Assembly (NCBI GenBank): GCA_003344405.1
Contig: NOWV01000165.1
Span: 62,001 to 126,000, forward strand
Source: Trichoplax sp. H2
Lineage: Eukaryota
Direction of reading: 5' to 3'
DNA: 64,000 bases
Positions 1 through 12,000 of the stretch are shown here, one piece after another. The notes beneath the pieces are model-generated. The model ran no database searches, had not been told where the DNA came from, and worked only from the letters and a program-made list of their open reading frames with translations. Position numbers and translations under genes: made by a program. Positions within the stretch are counted from its first letter, which is position 1, and the number at the start of each line of letters is the position of its first letter.

Positions 1-1290
1 AATTTTTATCGTTGCCTTTTCTTTCGTATTTATCATTTTGGCTAAAACGGAGGTAAATCATTAATTATCAAACTTTAGCATATACTACGAATGAACCAAT
101 TCTAATCATATTTATATTACTTTATTGAATCGTAAAGTTAACGACTTCAACTGCAAATAATTATATAAATTACTGAAGAGAGCTACATATTAGTAGTGTA
201 TTTATTAGAACTTTGAATTTTATATAGGATGTTTTCAGCACTTTTCCACTAACTATGGTCAAAGTCTTGGTTATGATGGTTGGAGAATTAGATTATAATG
301 ATACGATCGTGAAAGCTATTTCCAGTGGCCGGATTAGCTATCCCAATAATATCTTGCTACTGCTTATGTTTGTCATATTTATATTCCTAATGCCGATTCT
401 GCTCATGAATTTGATGGTAATGCATATCAATGCACTCAATTGTGATTAATACTTGATGTATTGATAAATGTTACTGTTCATGTGCAAGCTATGGTAATCT
501 ACGAAATGAATTTTATATAGATTGGTTTGGCTATTGGAGATATCGATAAAATTCAAAAGAATGCTATTTTGGGACGTTTAGCAATACAGATTGATTTCTT
601 AGATGATCTGGAAAGATCGCTACCTACCTGGCTTAGAAAGAAACTTTACTCAAGTTCTGTTGTACGAAGACCTCATACATTTGGATATAAGGTAGCTTCA
701 GTAGCACGGCTTATAAATGCGAAGCGAATAACTAGGAAGTAATCTAAATTCTGTAATTTTAGTGTATTTAAGTAGAAAATGAAAACATGGTCTATGACTT
801 GTCATTAAAATTATTGAGTAATCCTCTAGAGTAAAAATTTATTGGAGTAACATCATAACTATCTTTGAGAGCAGTTCAAGCGTGAGTTAAATTACATTTC
901 TTTCTTTTCAGCTCTATTCAGTATTCTATGGCGATATAGCCCAACATGAAGACGATGATAATGAATTATGGGTGGAGGAATTTGAGAAACTTCATCGCGA
1001 AAGCGATTGGCAGAGAAAACAGTTCGTTCACTAAATTTGTAACAACACTAGAACTGCTACTTGCCTCAGTATGTATAATAAGTATCTTTATAAACACTTA
1101 ATCTAATATAACATACATTTTTCTTAGGATTAGAGCGCTATTTCATGAAATTGAAAAGATAACTATTGCATTAACGGATATCCAAAATAGTAATAGAAAT
1201 GATCAGATTTTGCCAGTTGCACAAGACCCTGCATCACTGGATAGCCATTTGGCAAGAGAAGATAATCTAGATAATACCTCACAATTTTAA
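1..1290 (+). CDS. TRPA1-like: Gene A: TRPA1-like channel, 3' part only (end of S5, pore, S6, TRP-like helix, coiled-coil tail); 5' part lies before the window
   Basis: GT-AG exons <1-52, 228-416, 521-691, 912-1021, 1128-1290 (TAA) splice in frame: IFIVAFSFVFIILAKTE / DVFSTFPLTMVKVLVMMVGELDY...MPILLMNLM / IGLAIGDIDKIQKNAILGRLAIQIDFLDDLERSLPTWLRKK. This matches the TRPA1 S6/TRP-like helix signature (MNLLIGLAVGDI...LEKKLP). Confidence 0.93.
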
Positions 1291-3038
1291 ATCAATTACA
1301 GACCATAACAAACAAGGGATGCTATTACCGCATAACTTTGCGTCTAAATTAGTAGGTTGATTCGAAAAATTTATTCTTATTCAAGTACACGATAAATATA
1401 GTTTAAAGTAGAAATTGCATTCATCTCTCATCTCTAACACTTCGTCTGCTAAAACTAACTTGAAAGTAGGATAATAACTTATTAGGACGGTAATGAATAT
1501 TGGTACGCTTCGTAAATATAAACTTAATTAATATTGGTTCTAATGTTGAATCTACTAAATAATTAGATATCAAACTAGTAGCAAAGATCAGATATCTATT
1601 TTAAATAAATCCTGTTCTACAAACATTATTTTTAACAAATGTATGTGGCCTATATTGCTCATAATGTATAATGAGAAAAATTAGCTAGTTATGATTATGT
1701 ATTGGTATTTAGCTTTATATTCTATCTCACAGATTACTTGTAACATTAACAATGCCTTTACTTCACATTACATATTTCAAAGAAGTAGAGACGATATTTC
1801 CATACTCATATATTAATTTAGTTAAAATGAGTTACAAACAGCGGTACATTGGCATACCTGTGCATGTTTTATATCATACAAAATTGATAAAAGCGACCAA
1901 TGTATTAACGGTCCATCATGCTAGGGCAAATGCTTACTTTCCTCTACCTCTAATCCAGTAATAAATGAACATAGTTATCGATAGAATATTTGAGTTAGCC
2001 TGATAGCTAATTGGCACGAAAAAGAAAGCATCTACAATTCATCAATTTTTTAATTATTATGCAACAGCGATTAAGTAGCTATAGCCCTGCAATTCTGTAT
2101 TTACAAGCGATATTTTTACAATTATTGTACATATCTATTATATGAAGGCTTATAATCAATACTAGGAATAAGTTACATATGCTCTAGTGCGTCCCAAGCA
2201 TATCGGTGGAGTATTGCGTACGGTAGTTATACTGCATTTATGCAGGATATCATGATATAAATATTTTTGATAGAAAAATTATAAAGTTAAGATTTGCCCC
2301 TGATTGATAATGAAAATCGTTTGATTATTAGCAGATATTGTAAACATTTAGACTACCAATCCTTTATAACGTTTAATGAGCTTGCTCATGTTGATTGGAT
2401 ATATAAGACCTCCATCATTTTTAGTAATTACATTAAATGAAGTTTCTGCAAGTTAAACTAATACACTCAATACCATAATAATTCTTGCATTCAGATTACG
2501 TAGGATGGATGAAAAACTGTAGATAAAGGTATATTGCCGATTTACCACATCTTTCAATAAAAATACCTTACTTACATAGTCGATCCTTGCTACTCTATGA
2601 TTCTACCTGTCTATTTCTAAAATGGAAGAATGCTATAAAGCATCAGCTTACTAGAAATTAGATATAACGATACTTAATAGACAGAGTCAAATTGTCTGCA
2701 TCATTACAATTAACAATCTGTTGACCATATTGCGACATGGAAATAATTCATTTATCTCTGTTGTTGCTATGGCTTAGGACAACAGATTGATTTATAATTG
2801 AATAGGGCTTTATTTTATCAGTATCATCCAAATAAAGCACGGGTTATATCAAGTGACCTTTTACGTCAGTCTGCAACCTTATGCATTATTTAGCAAAGTA
2901 AATTTGGATAATATTTTGGTGCAGTAAGAATGTAATATGACTATAGTTTACAATTTTAATTGGAATGCCATTAGAAGATCTTGTCGATGTCTGAAATTAA
3001 TCCATTCTTGAATCAGTCAAATCAACAGTAACAGTAAA

Positions 3039-6000
3039 ATGCCAAGAAAGCCTACAATTACTAGAAATGGGAGTATCTTTGATGCAGCAAAGGTGAATCC
3101 TGCTCATGACATAATTCAGGTAGGAAATCAATCATTTTTATGAGTAGTTAATGCAATCGTTTCGTATTAACATCATCACAATTCGCGATTGATCTTGATA
3201 CGTATAATCTAATCCTAGTGATAGCTATGTGTCTAATTAAATATCTTTGCTTAAATCTTTTTAGAATAAAGTTAGTAATATTTTCTCTATTATTCCTGTA
3301 ATTAAATTAATGTTCGCATACGAGATTTTATTGAGTAGTATTTTTAGCAGATTAAGCGCTACAGAACTGTCATAGTAATACACCTGATTACAGTTATCTT
3401 TTATTACACTATGAATCTACCAGGTGAAATTTTCCTATTTCAAATTGACTATAGTGCGCTATCTCCATATTATTAGTTTTACTTTTACTATGTAACGCTA
3501 ATTTTAATTAGTAATGGTGTTGATCACGTTGGATATTTACCATATTATACATTGAAAAGTAGCTATAATTTATTTAATAATTGTGTGTTGCTTAGCCAAT
3601 TCATCAAAAGTGGCTATTGTTCACATTTACGATGACATTTATCTGGAAAACAAAAATTAACCAATTGTATTAATCGAACTATATTTTTCTGCCTACTAGG
3701 CATCGAAAAATAGCGATATGCTGCTTTTACAGCACTATTTACCCCGCAGAGGTACAAATATCAGTAATAACTCTATTGACCGCAATCATTTATCATCGTT
3801 ACACTATGCTGCAAGAAACGATGACGTGGAAAGGATTGAAGCAATCATTTCTCATAGTTCAAGCGGTATGTCCAATTGGATACAGACTACTAAGACTTTG
3901 TTAACAGTTTTAGCATCAGTGTTCTTCTGCGTAATGATTTTACTGATTTCAATTTCACAACTTGTGCATTACCGTATAGTATAAATTACAAAAGATGCTA
4001 AAAATTTTAATGCAATTAAACTTAGAAACACCAAGTTGTAGTCCAACTATTGCATATTGTTATGTTTTTAGTAATGAGTTCACTCCGTGAGTAAGATTTG
4101 TAACTAATATTTATTATTGATGATCGGTATTTATAGCTACATCAGGTTACATATCAATACGATTACAATTTATACTTCCTACTACAATTAGTAAATTATC
4201 AGTCCGTCTTTTACAATGTTATCCCTTACAGTATTAATTGACCGTATCATCATGCGCCGATCAATTTATTAGACTTTTGGACGTCTTCGTATCAATATTA
4301 ACGTGACTTAACGTCACTTTTCTACAATGATGTTTTACTGATTCATAATAATTTGATGAATTGTATTAGATGTAAATATCAAAGGGCTCGATAACATGAC
4401 TCCATTACATTTAGCAGCTACATCTAATAAAGTTGCTGCTTTAAGGACGTTACAAATGTATAATGCAGATTCTTGTGCCCAAAATTCTGAAGGTAATATA
4501 CCACTACATTGTGCAGCAAAAGCAGGAAGTTTAGATGGTTGCAGGGTTAGTAACTCCTTTTACTGACACCCTCAAGTAAATTTATTTTTTTCTTGCCTAA
4601 AAAGGTGTAAATTTAACGGAAAAGTCTAAGTTTCTTATCGTTTACTCTTAAATTCATACCCAATTACTTTGTAAATAAGAGTAACAGTTTTGCTGACAGC
4701 ATTTAAATATTAGATTTAGCAAGTACGTATCTCGAACATGTTAGATAGATTTATATGTACGGAAGTAGAAAGATAAAGGAAACAAACATAAATAATAAAT
4801 TAAACTTTATTTAATGACAGCCTTTCATTTAATCACGCCTCTAAATGATAGTATTTGCTAAATACTTTTATATCGATTTTACTAGTAGTATCGCATCGCA
4901 TGTAAGATCAATCTCATCTAGGCATTCTAACTATTCTAAGATTTCGATTTTATTGATTGATACATAAAAGGTCTAAGAAAATAGAAATATCGGAGCTCAT
5001 TGTGTCGTAATGGATAGTAGCTAGCTAAGATTCCTTTTTAGTTAGTTAGTCGGTTGGATGGTCAACTAGTTTTTCAATTGATATTTAATTGTAAAGACTA
5101 TAATCTTGGGTGCCAAGATTCCTTCAGTAATAAATGATAGTAAATCTCTAACTATCTCGTCTACATCATCTGTGACGCTATAATTATACCATAGTATTCG
5201 GTCGTTAGAACTGAATTATTTGGTGATATAGCTAATCTTGCCTCTTTAAGTTAGCAAGTGGTGTTCTCCGCAAGGATTGGCGTGTGTAGACTACTTTGTC
5301 ACTAGTGGTGTGTGACACCACCTAAGTTAATAACAGATCTAGATCGTAATAACTGTTCAGTGCCCTCACTTTAAGTTATTGTTTCTTACAGATATTGCAA
5401 TTAGTCTATTTATCTTAGACTAATAACATCACTTATGAATTTCTATTACAGGAATTACTTAGCAAACAGCCATTTACGATAGATTGCATAAATAGAAACG
5501 AAGCAACGCCATTACATATGGCTTGTATCGGCGGTCATGCATCGGTTTGCCTAGAATTAGTAAGCTAAAAGTACCTTTGAAATTATAGAAAGAGGTCTCA
5601 CTTAGTTTTATTTTGTTTTAGCATAAAATGGTAACTAACCAATAGGAGTTTTACAGATTAATCGTGGGGCTGATATTATGGCTAAAACTGCTGATGGTAG
5701 TTTACCAATTCACATAGTAGCTAAGCAAGGTAATGTGGAAATTATGGAGCTATTACTTTCAGCTTACACAGCGAAATATTCTCGCCGAGAAGATTACATC
5801 ATGGAATGCAATTATGATGGTGCTTCAGTTTTACATCGAGCCGTACAAGGGCGTCAAGAAATGGTATAATCAATATTTCATTCTTTGCGACTTGCTTTTA
5901 TGTTATTATAGCAACATTAGCGAATTACTTCACTATTCATTTTTTCGTGGTCTTAAGTCTTTTCATTTCGATTAGATATAAGTTTATGCAATATTCTGAG

Positions 6001-9000
6001 TATTGTTTATTTATTCTTGCCATAACTGTTATATTATAACAAAAAGTGATAAAATGGATTTGCTGACTCATAACTTATCATCTATAAATCTTAAACATAC
6101 TCGATTAAATACGAGAATGGCAGCATCTACTACATTCCAGATAGAATACAGTGCATGTTCCTACTTTTTCCAACCGATTCTATACATAAGTACATTCTAT
6201 CATACAGTTAAATCAATTGCGATACTGTCAAATTATAAAATCCCTGTACTCCATCATATCGATAAAATCTTATATTTAAAACAGCTAATAGCTTTCCTAC
6301 GTAAATAATTTTAGGCTATTCAGTTTTGCTTAGACAATGGTGCAGATACTTCTGTTCGTGATGTAAGTTCAAGAAATCTGTAGTTGCTATCGGACTCATT
6401 TTGTTATCCTAATGATAGACTTATTTGCAAAAAATAGCAAATTAACGCGTATCTGATAATTGCCTACTAAAATATTTAGATATAGATTCTTTGGATTAAT
6501 TAGGGACTTCTTTTCTTCCATATCATTAATTAGAAGCGTGGATTTACTCCTTTACACTATGCCGCAATCAGTAATCACAGCTCATTAATGCAACTACTAA
6601 TACAAACAAAACCTGCAATCGATGCACGCGATGATGATCACCGAACCCCATTACACCAAGCAGCAATATTTAGTTTTATCGACATTATGGAAATATTAAT
6701 CAAGGCGGTAGGTATTTAAAATCAAGCAGAATCCTTGGCATATTAATTGCGCTATTTGGTATAGTATTGGACTTCGTATATTCTCTTTGTGTATGTGAGC
6801 CAAAAAACTTCTGGATTCCTTTATTTTTATAATATAGTAGAATAGATTTCTATTTGATCACAAGTGACCGCGTAAATGATTTCTCCTAATGAAGTAGCGT
6901 GGAATTAGATTCTAGCTTAATTTCAGACCATTATCTTCTTATATGTATTGAATTGATGTACTTTAAACTGTTTATGGCAACTAATGCTAAAAAATTTTGT
7001 AAACAGTCATTTAATGATATCCTAATTCAGTAGTCTGCTCTTATTTTGTTAGGGAGCTAGTATCGATGCTAGTGACAAAGAACAAAATACACCATTGCTC
7101 CTAGCTGCTTATAGAAATAAGATTGAAGCAGTACAATATCTAATCGACCTCCATTGCAATATTCACGCTAATGATATTAAAGGAAGAAATTGTCTGCACT
7201 TAGCTATTGCCGGAAGCAACGATGAATTGGAGTTACTAAATTATTTATTATCAGTAAATCGATATCTAGTTATCCTAATGTTCTCGATGCTGCCTAAGCA
7301 ATTCTAATTACAGCATATGTAAACATTTGGGGAAAGATGTCTACTATTAAAGAAAATAGTCATGGTGTAATCTATCATCTCTATTTTAGATTTATAAAGT
7401 ACCATATCTTGAATCAACTGATAACTACGGGAAAACTCCGTTACATTATGCTTGCCAAGATGGAAAATACAAGGTATGTTCATTTCAGAAATTTTCTAGT
7501 GTATCAATTTTTAAATTTTATTCTAAGTGAGCCGTTAAAAATTCGCTTAATGATGGCTATGGCTAACCATTTATTATGACAGATTGTTAATTTACTATTA
7601 AAGTATGAAATAAATGTTTACCTGGTCGATCAAGATGGCAATAACTGCTTCCATTTAGCATGCAAGTAAGTTTATTATAAGTAATAAGTAGCTGTTAATG
7701 CTATGATAATTGTGTTACGTATCTTAAGATTTAATGTAATCATTAAAATAATATAGGAATAGTTATCCTGATATTGCAGAGCTGCTATTAAACCATTCAG
7801 CTGGTCTATTGAATAGTGAAAATGCAGATAACTGCAATGGCTTGCATATCTCCGTGATTAAAGGATGTCCTAGTACCGTTAGATTGCTACTTCAACATGG
7901 GGCTGAAATTGATCGAAGGTTAAACCAAGAAAATTTAGCTTAGCAACTTTGTGCTTACTATTCGTAATTTTAATCTTATCGATTATTTTTGTGATAGAAA
8001 TGCTAGCTATAGCACGCCACTAGATACAGCTCGTATGAATGGTTCTCACCAGATTGTTCAATTATTAATTGATCATGGTGCAGCTCTCAATACATTAAAT
8101 CGATCTGGGGTACAAATTGTTTAAACAACAATAATTACAGGGCGATCGATAATCCAGTTCTGTATTCTACAACTGTATATTGCTAAACTGATAATTTACA
8201 AACATAAATTTTCTCGTATTCCCGGATATTTCTTTTAGGAATCAGCATTGCACATTGCAGCAAGACATGGCAAAGCAGATATTGTTAAACTTTTATTAAA
8301 TTGTGGAGCGGACTGCACAATTGAAAATAACCGTCAAAAAAATAGTCTAGAGATTGCAATCCAGCACGATCAACAAGGTGTAGCCATTGAAATTGCCACC
8401 AAGCCCAAGTAAGAAATTATAGAAATAAACGTAGGAATTGATTTTGCCGAAGATTTGAACACATCATCATCTCTTCTATATAAGCAAATAAATTTAGTAT
8501 CAAATTCTAGTAAATAAAATTAAATAGGAGCAATTTTTTCAGCACCAGAATTGATTTTGCTAAAGATCTAAGTGTATAAGCAGCTTATGCTAATGTAGCT
8601 ATTTGATTTATTAATAAATTTCAGTAAATATATTTAAAAATAAGTAATCCATCTGGTGTAGTTATAGATGGTACTTAAGCATCTACGTAGACCATCAACT
8701 CATCCAAGATAACTGTATAAATAAAAGTGCCATCGAACTTCAGCATGTATAATCAATATTGAACTGGTTTAGTTTTAGGAATGACTTTGCTAACAATTCC
8801 GAGAGAATAACAAGTTCACATATCTGCAGTGTTTGACTTTGCTATCTAATATAAAGGAAACAAGTATTGCATATTCATTTAATGGTCAGAATTAATTTCT
8901 CTACTATACTTCACAAATAAGCAAACCAGTTAAATTTTAGCCGTATACTGATTTTATTCCATCACCTGCCATTTCTAACTAATGGAAACGCAAGGTATAT

Positions 9001-12000
9001 TTGAACTTTGCTACTGTAAGTGACCTACTGCCTACTCAATCATCAGATTTCCAAAGTCTCATGGTCAAATTAAATTTTAGATCTATAGGATGACATTCAA
9101 TTATATTACAATTCTTATTCATTTATCCCGTAGCAAGATGAAAGGGAACCCGTTCTGCTAAGTGTAATTAGTGTGTAGATCATGCAAAGAAATTTATAAC
9201 AGCGGATTTTATTACTGATTCTCTACCGATTGAGATACCGTACTATGTAAAAGTAAAACAAGCTCTGGCAAGTAATGAAAACTTCTTACAATAGTAGATC
9301 ATAGGAATAAAGGACAAAAAACTATAATAACAGAAAAACTTAGATACGTAAATATGTTATCTAACTTGTTTACAATATGACTATGGCGAACAACATCATT
9401 AAACACTTATGGAACTTAATATGAGAATAAAATTCTATGATTAGTATTACACTCTACGAAGCTGAAATCAATATATTTGAATCATCACAAATGTTACTTA
9501 AATATACCCTATTATTGTCAACAACCTAAGATTTTGGTATTATTTTTAAGTTATGCCTAATTTACTTCTACATAAAATTTGACAACATTAGCTTGTCTAA
9601 TAACTTCACTACACAGGAATATAAATTCTACTACATAATGAGATTATGTAATATTTCTTTTACCGTATATGTTTACACCAATTTCTAGGTCTTATTTTCT
9701 TGTTCTTGTTAATAGAAATCGCGATCTTTTGCTTAAAGTTGGTAAAGAGAACATAACAACAATGCAATCAATTATCCAAAAGATGCCAAAAGTTGCTTCG
9801 GTTAGTTAGAATCGTCACCAGCTTAAATATTTTCTTTTATAGCACATATACCGTACATATAACCTAGACCAAGTTAGTTAAGAAGGATCCCTACTATCGG
9901 CAATTTTTACGAATTTTTTTCCATCAGCTCAATTTTAAAGCATCAATCTATACTTTTTCAAACCTAAAATATTTCATCAACTTTATACATCGCATTATTT
10001 CGATATTGTATCCCACTATGTAGGAAGTGATGAATACCTGCATTAAGAAATCGTCAACATTTGATCGCGAAGGCAAGAATATCTATACAGTGAGTTAATT
10101 TCATTATTTTGGCTGTTTTTCCTTTAGAGTAGAAAAGATAGGATGGAGAAATATACTTTAAGAATAATTTAGAGAATGAAATAAAAAGACCGCATTAAAC
10201 TAGATACCAATGATAACCTTAAACTGAATATGTTCTTATTCTCTATAAGCTAATGAGAAGTAAACTGCATGGTAGCTAATGACAACTCAAATTTCATATA
10301 GCGCTATCATTTTATATTTATGAAATTATAGATAGAATATGATTTTACTCTGCTTGAACCTGGAGAGGAATTGGAAGAGATGTACAATTTACCCAAAGGA
10401 ATACATAACTTAAATGCACTAACAGTAACGTATCAGCATATAGAATTATTTCGTAGAATAGCGACAAGAATATGATGATAAACCGTCAGAACGACTAGTC
10501 GTCTCTCACAGCATGCTAGCTAGAACGATCAGCGTAACTTTAGTCATATCATAATTGGTTTTTGCGTATACTTTTGCAACTAAGCCACTTCTACAATTTA
10601 GAATTTGACACTATTTAAACTATATACGATTTTCAATGTGCAGAAAAATGACTGTTTAAAATTTCCTACCCGTATTTATTACCTATAGTCTACTAATACG
10701 ACAACATCAAGTTTTATTAATAAGCTTAGCTTATAACAAAAACTTGAAGCGTAAGGAAAAGCTTTCCCAGTACAAAGCATTTCTTAGCAAGATGAGAGTT
10801 TAATTTATTTCGAAAGGAATTAATATGACAATTAATACCAGTTTTACGTTCTTTGTACAAGATTTGTGAAATCGTTATAGCTATATTTAGTCCATTAGCC
10901 TAATTATCTCATATATTATCTTATCACTATTGCAACAGACAATCGTCTCATCTAATCACGTCGGTCTCCTCGAACATCCACTTTCTGCAAGATTGTTAGA
11001 TACTAAATGGTTAATTTACTATGCTTGTAATCTGTTATTGATCATCTAATATAGTGATATTGACGTTGTTGGTTTAATACGTGATCCGTCATCAATCTTA
11101 GGTCGCATTTTGGTCGAAGAGTCTACGTATTCAACTTAATGATTTATATCTTATTCATCGTGGCTTTGACAGCTTATGTCCTCAATATTGAAGATTATTT
11201 TAATTCAGCTTATAGTAAAGTCCACTTAATAGGACTTCAGCCGTCGAATGCTTTTTCAGGAAATGCCAAACCCGCTAGTCGTTCAATATCTGCCTTTTCT
11301 AATTCAACCAGTAATGGTACCGTAATTGATGTAAGCGAAAAGAGTAGAAATGTTATACTGTTTTTACTATTTTAGTAACTACTCGGCAACATATCTTTAC
11401 AGTCATCAAATCTTTACAATCTTTATTAATAGCTACAATTTAAATGTATTTAACCGAAATTTAAAATATCCAACTTATTAGGATATTGCGAGAAACCATT
11501 CATCAATTCCTATTCTTAAAGCTCTTATTCTAGTATTTTCGATCGTCAATTTGATTCGTGAGATTTTTCAGCTCTATCACGAGGTAAAGTAATCTATCAC
11601 CAAATCACTAGTATTGAAAACGTACTCCCTTTCCTAAGTAGTTTATCGGTCTATCCGTCACTTTTTCTCGTATTATTCACTATTATTTACTATTTTAAGT
11701 CACCTTGACTTAATCGACGAATTAATCTACTTTGATACCTCTAGAAGTGGAAATATTTCCTTTCCTATGAGAATTATTTTGAAATCGCTTTGCATACCAG
11801 TGTAATTGCCTTTGCCGTAGGTCCCGGAACAAGTTCTTATTTTTGGGCAATTGGAACATTTTCTGTTCAATTAGCATACATAGAATTAGTGATGTTCTTA
11901 AGAAAGTATGTTGGATTGTTAATCTAATTTAACCACCATCTTAGACATCTCACGGTTAATGCATATATACATGGGATAATTATCAGTAATATTTTGTATT

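Noticed and set aside
1752-1961. 69-aa ORF between genes A and B
   Set aside because: No recognisable motif or splice context; consistent with a chance ORF.
5300-5322. Hairpin GTGGTGT-gtg-ACACCAC next to CTAG as a Helitron end
   Set aside because: The hairpin abuts the CTAG with no spacer, and no matching TC end or empty site is available.
10478-10503. TAAACCGTCAG match to the Helitron hairpin region plus palindrome ACGACTAGTCGT
   Set aside because: Only an 11-bp match; the second hairpin arm is incomplete and upstream sequence does not align.
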